Shown here: positions 48,201 to 60,200 of the stretch, one piece after another
Layout of the letters: each line of letters starts with the position of its first letter
Numbering within the stretch: position 1 is the first letter of the stretch
From: Tubulanus polymorphus
Taxonomy: Eukaryota > Animalia > Nemertea
Assembly (NCBI RefSeq): GCF_964204645.1
Contig: NC_134033.1
Coordinates: forward strand, 8,626,655 to 8,690,654
Length of the DNA stretch: 64,000 nt
Direction: 5' to 3'
Notes under the pieces: model-generated
Told to the model about the DNA's origin: nothing
The model's database searches: none
The model's input: the letters and a program-made list of their open reading frames with translations, nothing else
Translations under genes and position numbers: made by a program

Positions 48201-51200
48201 GGTTTGTAAGCTCACCAAGGATAAACTTGCTGTTCTAGATTCTTCGAAACAAAAACTGATAATAAAAGGCATTCGGGCATTCTATGTTAAAATAGCATCA
48301 TATCTCCAACAGAAACTTCCCCTTGGAAATAATTTCCTACGAAACGAGAGGTGTTTACAACCGGAACGTCGGTCTGTTCATCGATTTGGGTTGTCAATTA
48401 AGGCTCTGGCGGTTGATCTGCCGACTATCATACCTGCATCACAAGTCTCCACAGTTGTAGACGAATGGAAGATATATAGCAATGACTTGCTTGAAGATGA
48501 TTGGTATAAAGACTCAGATGGAATAAGGTTACGAATTGATAAAGCATGGGAGAAAATATTTGTTCGCCAGACTGCTTCTGGTGATAGCAAATATACTGTC
48601 CTGCCCAAATTGGTAATGGCATGCCTTACTATATCTCATGGTAGTGCTGAGGTTGAAAGAGGGTTCTCTGCCAATTCACGCACCATTACTGGTTCAAGGG
48701 CAAGTCTTGGAGTTGAAGCAATTACAGGTTTGAGAATGATCAAGGACAAATTAAAGACCACTGGACAGAAGCCATGTGAAATGACATTATCACCTGAGCT
48801 ACTATCATGCTGTAGACGGTCTTATAAAAACTATACAGAGAGACTTAAGAAAGAGAAAGAGATGGCTGAAAAGGCAAATAAGAAAGCTCTAGAAGATAGA
48901 AAAAGAGCCGAGGAGGCAAAGCAGGTAGAGACAGAATATGAAAATACAAGAAAAATCCTTGAAACTAGAAAATTAGAGTTGTTGGAAGTTGATCATTCAT
49001 CCATGGAATCAATGATGACAAATAAACAACTACTCATGGAAGGCAATGAAAAATTGGCCAAAGCTATCAAGGAAAAGGACCTTACACAAATCAAAGTTGC
49101 ACAGTGCATGATTGAGGTGGCACACAATAAATTTGATAAACTTGAGAAGGAAATGAAAGACAATCGACAGAGAATAGGTGAAATTGAGAAAAGGAAGAGA
49201 AAATTAAATGATGACCATGCTGAAACCATGAAAAAGCTAAAATGTTAAGATATGAACGGTGTGTAGACACATTCATCGTTGTACTGTATAAGCCCTTGGT
49301 CATTGTTCTTTTATTAAAGTGTAATTTTGTCTTATAGTTAAGTGAAATTAATCATTTTGTACTATTTACCAGTTTCATGGTGTTTTAAAACAGTTTTGTA
49401 AAAACATAATGCACCATCAGTGTTTAGTTTGTTATGATATAGTTTGTAGTGTTGCGAGTTAATAATGTTTATATAATGTTTATAAGTTCATGAAAAGTTT
49501 AGCATTATGTTTGTAAGTTTATACAGTGTAACCTCGATATAACGAACTCCATGGGACCTACGAGCAATCATATGATTGCTCGTAGATGGGACTGAAATCT
49601 ATGTTCGCTATTTAACCGATAGTTCGTTATATCAGGTGATAATTGTAATAAATCCACCAATCGGGACAAAATATATAGTTAACTGATAAATCGTTATATC
49701 AGGGTTCGTTATAACGAGGTTCCACTGTAGTTAAGATTTTAAATAGTAATACTCTGATACCTTTTGTATCTACCGGGTACCTCACTGCAATTTATTATGA
49801 GTTGCTGCTGTCATTCAGTTTATTGTAAAATGTTTTTTCGAAAAAAAGAAATGAAAAAATGTAATAAATAAACTTTATTTTCTAGTTTCAGATTACTGAA
49901 GTTCATTCAAAGACATCTGTGAATATGATGCTGCAGGTTGTATCCTCTCTTAATATATTAAAGTCCTATTTTCTGATGGATATCCTATATATTCTATGAA
50001 ATTTTCCTATTTCTGGACACTCTTCCTATTTTTTTTATGGACCAGATCACTGGAACCCCTGAAGGCAGAACTCGCGTTTGAAAAGCGCAAATATAATAGA
50101 AATAAAAAAGACGAGATAATCTATCAATCAGTAATAAGATTTTTTGTTATGATTTCAATAATAAATATCATAATCATAATAATTATAGTAATAATAACAG
50201 TGATAATAATAATAATTATTATTATTATTGTAACTCATGATGACATGTAAGATTTGAATGGATTTTGAACAATAAATTGTCGCTCTCTTCAACGAACTAA
50301 ACCAAACATCATATTCTAATAATTAGGATTATTATTACTATCAGAAAGGGATCGTCACTGATGCATGAGTGACGATAGTCAGTGATGAATGAGTGACGAT
50401 AGTCAGTGATGAATGAGTGACGACAGTCAGTGATGCATGAGTGACGACAGTCAGTGATGCGGGGTGTGATTATGTAATCACAGTCTCCTATTCATAAATG
50501 TAATCACTTACAACAAGTCATTTCAAACCAGTTCTTAAAAATGACAAGCCTTACAGTAAATCAAGTACACGATCCGCTATCCTACGCCGATGATGACCAA
50601 ACGCAAATCTCAGACGACGATGAACCCGGACCACCCTCACCAACCAGCGATAGTATTCAAAGTAGCGATGACGACTACGAACCAGGAAATTATCAAGGAC
50701 AAAGCCATGATGATGAAGAAGATGTAGTAATGCAACATAGCGACGACAATGATGAGGAACCCGAACCGGCAGCAGTTCGAGCTTGCGGTCAAGGTCGTGA
50801 TCTTAACCGCAGTCGTGGTCGTAATCGAGGTCGTGGTCGTATTCAGCGTGACATACACATAGATAATGATAATTGGGAAGATGTGTCTGAAATTGGCCCT
50901 GGGTCAAACCATCTTCGATTTAGACTACCAGGTCCATGTGGTCCAGCTCAAATGGACACCATCAGTGAAGATAGTCGATCGCTCGAATATTTCAAGCTTA
51001 TATTCACTGATGAAATCATCAACGACATCGTAAACGAAGTGAACCGTTATGCAACAGAAAAAAGGCTCAACATGAGTGAACATTCGAGGATGAGACAATG
51101 GACGCCAACTACGCAAAACGAATTCGAACGTTTTCTCGGAGTTGTTCTCAATATGGAAATAATTAAAGTCCCGTCCATAGCTGCTTACTGGTCTTTATCC

Positions 51201-54200
51201 TGGTGTAACACCATTCCATTTTTCCGAAAATCGATGAGCAGAATTCGTTTTGAACTACTATTTCACACGACACTGCATGTCGGTCACAGCAACCCTCAGG
51301 ACGTACCACAGAATCGCGACCATCCGATAACCCCGATCCTGGAAAAGATCATGGCGAATAATCAAATGCACTACATTTCATTCCAAGAGCTCTCGATGGA
51401 TGAATCTATGGTCGGGTATAAAGGCAGGATCCATTTCAAGATGTACTGTCTGAAAAAACAACCAAATGGGGCATCATTCTGAAAACTTTGGCGTGTCCAC
51501 ATTCTGGATACCTACTAAATGCTATATTGTACTGTGGGCGTGATGAAAACCGAGTGTGCGAACCAGATTTGTCTATCACAAACTGTGCCTGATGTGGTTG
51601 CCCCATACGCTTATTGGGGCCAACAACTGTATTGTGACTGTAGACTCTACAGCAACATCACATTAGCCGATATCTCTACAGTAAAAAGTTTCATTTCACC
51701 GGTACTTTGATGCTGAATCCAGCCGGAGTACCGCCGCAGGCAAAGCTACGAGCGATATGAATGTCGGAGACATCAAAGCTTTCAAAAACAACCTGATTTT
51801 GAACTGGCGGGACAAGGGAGTTTTCTCGATGAACTAATTATTCGAAGGGAGACGAGGCAGTCGAAATTGCCCGTAATCGCCGAGGACGCGGTGACAAAGT
51901 CGTTCGTAAACCCGCGGTCGTCGAAGACTACAACCATCATATATCGTGAGTGGATCTTCATGACCAGTTCAACAGCTATTACTCTTCGTCGTACAAATCC
52001 GTAAAATGGTGGCGAAAAGTTTTCTTCTGGCAGTTGGAGAGTACGATCACAAACGCATTCATACTGAATAAACTAAACACCGAAGGTATAGACAAGCGTT
52101 ACACGTTGTTCAAATTCCCAAGAAGAACTCGTAAGTCAACTAGTATAGGGTTCTGGCCTAGCGGGCCACCTCAACTTCCGCACGAACAGCGTTTGAACAA
52201 CACGTTTCATGGATTAGCGGTAGGTGGAAAGCGTGATTGCAAGATTTGCTCGGACAGATTGGCTGGGAACGACGAACAACAACTTACTATTGCGATAGGT
52301 GCAAAGATCACTCAGCATTACACCCCGGGGAGTGTTTCAAGCATATCACCGAAAAAGGAAGTTATTACTGTAAATACATTTTCACAAATAAACGTCAACT
52401 GTTGTAAATATGTTATAAAAAAATATGCACTGATTTGCTGAATAAAAAAAAAATAGAAAATAGTTGCAGTAAATTTTTAAAAAATCGTTCTTTTTGGGAT
52501 TCGAACCTTATTTCTCACCCATTAACATTGTTTTGGCCCCTGGCATCTTCATCAGGAACTTGATTTCGATCAAATCGAAGTGGAAAGTAAAGGAAAAGTC
52601 AGTCAACCGGAAAGGTTCATGAGGAAGATACAATTTTGGAGGTTTTTTCGTAGAAACAAACACATCAAAGTTGGATTCACGTATGATTGATGACAATTCA
52701 GACGGATGAAAATATTTTTACTTGACTTTTACTCTTTACTTTTTATTTGACCTTCGGATTACCTTATTTTTACGGTACCTGAGCTGACCCTCTGGGTCAC
52801 CAAATTTGAGAATGAGCATTTTCTTTAAATAGCCCTACCTTTTATCTTTCAGAAAAAAATATAGTTTTGTGGGTATCTATTCAGCAAGTGCGCGTGTTCA
52901 GAATATCCCAAAACAAGCAAAAAGAATTAAATGAGAAATATAGCTGCCAAGCAGCGATGACGGGTTTTCTGCAAAGTCATTCAGAATGATGGGAGTTGTA
53001 GTAAATTGAAATACCGATACATAGAATAAAATGCATTGACAGATTCGAACCTAATATGCAACTACTGTGTAGACGTCAAATATGATTTAGCTTTGAAACC
53101 GAACATACGCAGACGTACATTCAATCAACAAATATGAATTTATTTGACCAGGCATTTATTCTGGCATTCAAACATCATGATACTGTATTATCACCATGCT
53201 TATAAATGGATCTGTCCTATTAAGAACTCATCTTAAGCACCTGCTAAGTCGATAGATTGAGTGAATTTATAGATAAGAACGTATTATGATTTAGAATAGA
53301 TTTAAGAAGTTAATGTTTTTATTGAAATATTTGAATAAATACATATATTGTTGTGTAGATTCAATAAATTATGAATTGATTTGGTCTGGGTTTCTGGCTG
53401 ATGTTGATTTTGGTTTCTATGGATTAAAAATTCTATAGTGATAAACAATTGATACCTGCAACATGTGTGTAAATCAAACCTATTCCACTAGTTGCGTGTG
53501 TTAACTAATAAACGGGAGAGTCACTCTTGATCCGAGTTATTAGAACTAGGGGTCCAGGGACACCATGCCCACTTGGGAAGTGATTTCAGATGCTCAACAA
53601 TCTAACAATTTCAATATTCAACACCCCCTGGTGACCATATACAAAAACCAATGACCTTGGAACTCACAACAATCATAGAACATGTCAGCAGCTTCGATTT
53701 TGTAATTGATTGTGATAACAAAATATGCCTCGATACCAATTTAATATGGAAATACAAAGTTATTCTACTATTCAACGCTCCCTGGTGACCATATTGAAAA
53801 CCCAATGACCTTGAAACTCACTAAAATCATAGAACATGTCACGACCTATAACTTTGTAATCGATCATCTGTACCAATATAATAAGGAAATACTAAGTTAT
53901 TCTACTATTCAACGCCCCCTGGTGACCATATAGAAAAGTAATGGCCTTAAAACTTGCCACAATCATAGATGATGTCATGAGCTACAACTTTGCAATTGAT
54001 TGTGGTTACAAAATATGCATTGATACGAATATAATATAGAAATACTAAGGTATTGTATTATTCAACGCCCCCAAATGACCAATGACCTTGAAACTCACAA
54101 CAATCATAGAACACGTTATGAGCTACAAGTTTCTAATCGATTGTGGTAACAAAATACGCTTAGGTATCAATATAATGTGGAAAAACTTTTTCCCACCTAC

Positions 54201-57200
54201 GAATGAGTACTGATGACACCAAGATGGCCGCCAATTGCGTCATAATTGGCTGATCAAAAATACCTCAGGTATAAAACATCCCTTTTCAAAGAATACCCAT
54301 CACAAATTGCAATAAGAAATGGCAAACCAGTAGGAAGCTATAGGAATCAGAATTCAGGCCAAAATTAACATTTCTGGGCACTAAAAAAGGTCATAGGACG
54401 GTCATCTTGAGTCCGATCGACCCAATTTTTGTTATGCTGATGGGCCCTGGGGGGATTCACATACATCCGAAAGATCAAGATAATTGATCAAAGCGTCTTC
54501 AAAATTTCCCTCAAAAAGTTCAAAAATGTGTAAAAAGTGCTGATTTTGGCGAACAACAATGGCTGCCAGTTGGCCATCTTGATTCTGTCAGGGCCAGTTT
54601 TTGGGCTGAAGATGTGTCTAGGGTAGATACATGTGTAACCCAAATATCAAGACATTACCTTGAAGCGTCTTCAAAACTTCCCAAAATAACTGGATTCCGT
54701 CTACGGACGGACAGACAGACGAAAAGTGAACGCAATAGCCCGCTGGGACTAAAGTCCCAAGTAGGCTAAAAGTAATGTTCATTTAGTTATAGAAATTCAT
54801 TGCCTTTTTGAAAATTCTGTAATAATATTTGTTGTGTCTTAATTTTATTACTGTATGAACCAATGATATGCTTTGTAAATATGATGTAATAAAATAAATT
54901 TGAATTTGAATTAAATTTGAACATGAGAATCAAGCAAAACTTGTGTTTTTTCAACTTGTCTTACTTGTCTTCTGTTAACAGTTCCAGAGTTCCAATTACA
55001 ATCAAATCCAAATTGGCTAAAAAGTACATAGGACAAAATGAAATGAACTGTTAGTTACTGCAAACCTATTCCAGTGTTATGTCGATCGTGTTGAATCACT
55101 TTGCCTGAGTTGAAAGAATCAGATGTTCTATGGTGCAACATCGGTTGAAGAGAGATATCTTGGTGTTGACTGTCCTTGACCATTTTACTTCATGCGTTTG
55201 ACATTGGAATCAGCATCATACCCATTTGAACTACAAAATATTCATACAACATGAAAACCTACAGTACATGTATACAGTAATCAAACTTTCACCGATGTTG
55301 GATATTTGAATGAACGTTAGGCTTATTTCAGTATTCTAAAGTAATAATAAGCCCAATCAATAGGCCCTATTCCCATTGGAACAATTGTATAATGCGTATG
55401 TTATCAGTCAAGATTGGAGAAATCGGTATACCAAACCTACGAACAGCAAAATGTACAGGCCTACAATGATTTCTGGTATACAAGCCGTGACCACATGAAC
55501 GTTTTGGATCTAGGTTTGACTATTTATGTCAGCAGGTCAGAGAAGGCCTGAGTAAAATTTAATTGCACGGCTCAAATCAATTAGCCTTTCTGCGTGTGAA
55601 TACTTCACTGTATTGTTTTAAAAATAGGCCTATCGTGTGAATTAGTACATAGACTGATTTAGACTTTAAGCTAGTCCTGACCAAATCCAATCCATGTTAT
55701 AATGGCACCAGTTTTAGTAACATCACTGTAGGGCCGACGAGAGGGAAAAAGTTGTGTTTGAAGTACATATAGGCATGGTAGGCTTTTCGTACTCACTTAA
55801 TACTTAAAACGCTGTTGTTACCTGTACGTGACTGTACGGTGATTTCTACAGGTTAGCCGTATGTGAGTATGTTGACGCTCAGACTTGCAATATTGGGATT
55901 CGAGACCAAACGAAAAAAAAATCCAGTGGTTCTCTAGTGATTTAACCACTGTACCACAGAACACAACTGCGGGGTGGATGGAATTTGATTTACAAATAGC
56001 CTAGCCTCACCTAACCCAAACTCTATTCTTTTACGCATGCGCGTTTGCAGATTATAGGAACTCACGTACAGCGTTTTAGGGAGCTCACGTACGGTTAACC
56101 TGTGGATATCACCGTACAGTCACATACGGGTAATAACTTCGTACTTAAAAAATGGTATTGGCTACTAAATAATAGGCCTATAGACAAATAAATACCGGTA
56201 CTGCGGTAGGCTTTCTTAGCTTCCACACTTCACAACCGAACTGGCCAACCAGTATATTTAGTCCAAGTACGCACCAACCGGCACAGGCCTAACACTGTTT
56301 GTCAACTGTGTGTACCGTAGTAGGCTATCGATAAACACCTGATACTTTTCTGTCGTTTGTTTTCTCTCTGAGACGAACGTAATTCTAGATACAATACTCA
56401 CTACACTACACTCACTACAATACTTCGTAATTCTAGTAGCCTTCCGCGACTCAACGAGCTTGATTTAAACTTGATCAATTCAAAATCTGTTTATTGACGC
56501 TTTTGGTTACATGAACTGATCAGCAATATACTTAAATAAAATAACCGGAATAACAAGAAATCAAAAATATTAAAGAACTAACAAACAAATGCCCGTAAAC
56601 CTGTCAGACACGCGAACGCCGGACTCGTAAACTCTTGGACTCGGACCGCTGAGCAATAAATTCATAAAATTGACTTTGAAATTGATTGTGGAGAAGAGAG
56701 GGAATAATTCGATAGCTCTTCCTCATAAAGAAGAGAGAAATTTCGGAAAGAAAACACAACATGGCTACTGATTGAACGGAGCCAAATTTCCGATGTTTAC
56801 GGCTGGCTCGACAGTGCTTTTATAACGTGGATTTATCAAAATTCCCATGCAGTATCTGGAGATTGAAGTGAGCTGAAGGATATCATACGGATTGTATCGG
56901 CGACAGCGGTAAGGTAAGGAAGCCTTTACACTTTTAACAAAAACTGTGTGGAAAAGGGAAAAAAATAATAATAATCACGCGAATTTCAATAGGGTTTTCT
57001 GTGAAGCAACAGAAAACCCTAATTACACTTTTTGATTAGAAATACATGCCGGGAAAGGGTTAAACACCAAATATCATCACATTTTATCAGCAGACTCGGT
57101 GACAGGCAGCAGATTAATAGTACCATACCTACCTTGAACACGCATCTTATTCCGTAAATGCACTGAATTAAAAATGAAGGATATGTTTCAGATTTATTCA

Positions 57201-60200
57201 CCATACGATTGCACAGACACGCATTAACTTAACTAGAATCCCCCGAACACCTGCTTTGAGCCCCTGGCTCCATTAAATGAAAGCCGATGAAAAATTATTT
57301 CATTTTAATCGATGATTTTATTTCTCCGGCATCCCAAATGCTATGACTTAACCCTAGTAATTGCAAAATCAGGATTTCAGCCCAGAGGGCGAGAGGGCGA
57401 CTCATAACCACTTTTAATTTGTTTCCCTTATAAATGGGAGAGAAGGAACACCAACCAGAAAAAAATTATGTTAATAAAACTCAATATTATTGTACATATT
57501 GTAAAAAATACATTGATTAATCACGAAAAAAACTGCATATCATTAAAAAAATGTAATAGATTTTGAGACACCCGAAAATTAGAAAATATGAAAAAAAGAT
57601 GAAATTAGATGTGATGTTTGTGACGAATTTATAAGGAAAAGGAATTATGAAAGACATCTTTAATCACAAAAAAACACCAACAAAATTTAAGTAAAAATAT
57701 TTTAGGAATTGATTATTTTGATAATAAATCTCAATAAGTAAAAAAAATCGATTAAAAATCCAGTTTCAAACACTAAATCTATTTCAAATAAACCTTATAT
57801 GAAAAATGTTAGACATTATATTGATTCATTAGAAATATAAGATACAATTGAAATTTTAGAAACATTACATAGAAAAATCGGTCCTGCAGCTATTAAATTT
57901 AGATTTTTTAATGGTGCAACAATACAAGATTATAGTATATTTGATGAAATTGGAAAAAAACAATGATTTTGAAACAGATGGTGAATAGCCAAAATTAGTA
58001 TTTCTGGAAAAGTAAGTTTTATAAAATCAGAAGAAAACATGAAATGTCGCTAAAGACGACTGATGTCCCCACATCAGGTGAAACAGGTGTAAAATATACC
58101 CCGAGTGTATGTCGACCTATTTCTGAAGGCAGGGAATGAAAAATACAAAACGGCTTCCGGTGACCTTGTCCTTTGACCTAAAGCACTCGAAATCTAATCG
58201 CTCATTCACGGTATCTAGGGTAACCCATCCATTAAAGTCCACAAAGTTATCTTATATCGTTTATGAATTTAGAGCCCGGTAATGAAAAATACAAAACAGC
58301 ACCTGGTGACCTTGACCTTTGACCTACAGGATCCAAAATGTAATCAGTTACTCGCGGTCTATAGGATAACCCATCCAAAATTGTCACCAAATTATCTTAA
58401 ACCATCTAGGAGATAGAGCCCGGAAATGAAAAATACATAACAGCTTCTAGTAACCTTGACCTCTGACCTACAGGACCCAAAATCTAATTACTTACCCATG
58501 GTCCCTAGGATAACCTATCCACAGAATTTCAGTAAGTTATCTTTGACCGTTTATGAGTTCGAGCCCGGCAATGAAATTCGCAAAATGGCTTCCTGCGACT
58601 TTGACCTTGGACGTACAGGACCCAAAATCTAATCATCACTAACCTCATATAGTACAACACAACTGTTGAATTAGAAGAAAATCTGTCGAAGGGTTTAGCT
58701 GCTAGGGCACGGAAACCACTGCGGACAGATGGACGGACATACGGACTGACAGACAGATGGACAAACGGACGGACGACGTTGTATATACAGTATGCAACCC
58801 CCCCCTCCACAAAGCGTTGTAGGGGCATAAAGATGGAATATAATATTCAAACATGTTCTAATGAAATAAAAGACAAATAAGAAAAATATTTAATGAACGT
58901 CATATTGAAGAAAGATATTTTAAAGGTTCTGGTTTTACATTGAATTAAATTTTATTTTTAGATTTAGATATTTATAATACAAAAAGAAATAAAACATCAA
59001 AAAGTAATAAAATGTTTACAAATGATTTTCACGTTTTAATACTTTATGCTCAATTTCTTATGTAACATCGACTAAGGTTTTTATTTCGTATTGTTTTTTT
59101 GCTAGTTTTATTTTGTTATTTATTGACGCTAAGAATACTTTTCTGTATCCCATTTATAAGGAAATAAAAATAAAAGTGGTGATGAGTCGCCCTCTCGCCC
59201 TCTGGCCTGAAACCCTGATTTTGCAATTATTTACCCTGATTTATGAACCAGTTCACTTACTTAGTAAGGGCTCATATACGTTAATCCTTCGCTGTACAGT
59301 ACGCCAGTAACTCACGGCCGCATTATTTGGTGACTGAATCCTTACAGAAACTGGCCTTGAATAGCGACTGTAACTGTCAAAACGTATATCGTGAAACTGA
59401 AAAGAAGTAAAAGCGACGGTTAATGAATTATCTCCCCACAGCCTAAAGCGCATACGACGAGAATCACCCGAGGCATCATGTAACAATTTTTATGAATTTC
59501 GATGTTTGGTTTGCTTACAGTGGAACAAGAAATACACTGAAACAAACCTACAGCTCACCTAATAATCAGAAGCTTTTCTATTATTTGAAACCATCCAAAT
59601 AACAAGCCCCTGTCATCGGACGCTTATTCGTCTAAGGCTGATACTATTTCAATTGAGGTTTAGTGAAATAATAAGAAATCGGCCCATTATGGGGGTACTT
59701 TGAACGCTTCTTATATTGTCAACTTTCTCAACATAGTCACAAACACGTAGACATAGAACGGTTACAATCAAACAATGCTTTGCAATCCCAAACCTGCTTT
59801 TTTCAAAACCTACCCTGACTTTCATGACGTACGTCTTTCTTACTTTTAGATCCCCCAGTTCCGCTGTTGTCGTTTTACCATTTGTCCGCTTATTCCACAT
59901 GCCGTCATCTGTACTCTTATACGCAATTTGATATTCGTAATTCCGACTGTATTCATTATAAATATTCGGTGGAGTCCATGAAAACCTGACACCGTTTTCA
60001 TCAACGGTTAAACTATCGCGAAGAATAGTTGGTCGTTGCGTAGCTGTGATAACGCTCACCTCTGGCGAATGTACGGTCTCCATTACTTCCTCTGACTGGC
60101 CACTACGGAAATAAGCCTTAATTTTGAAATGGTACTCAGTGTTTTCTAGGATGGCATCCCACAAAAGATCACGCTTGGTTACTGTTTTGCTCCATGACCC

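Larger units (their letters stand above)
46300..50061 (+). mobile_element. hAT DNA transposon; right TIR visible, left TIR not identified
   Basis: TCCTATTT subterminal repeats at ~46307-46375 and ~49963-50035. Right end CTGGAACCCCTG. Encloses the transposase ORF. Confidence 0.7.
52937..57023 (+). mobile_element. ~4-kb Helentron-type non-autonomous element with nested insertions
   Basis: Starts AATATAGCTGCCAAGCAGCGATGACGGGTTTTC and ends with the hairpin AGGGTTTTCTGT...ACAGAAAACCCTAAT. Pairing of the ends is inferred from 4505-5074. Confidence 0.55.
57356..59231 (+). mobile_element. Second intact-ended Polinton-like deletion derivative, with a nested HINE
   Basis: 84-bp TIRs (57356-57439 and 59148-59231) starting AGTAATTGCAAAATCAGG. 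The 6-bp flanks AACCCT / TACCCT match at 5 of 6 positions. AT-rich interior. Confidence 0.78.

Noticed and set aside
49996-50250. 84-aa Ile-rich membrane protein ORF
   Set aside because: It spans a transposon end and an (ATA/ATT)n microsatellite.
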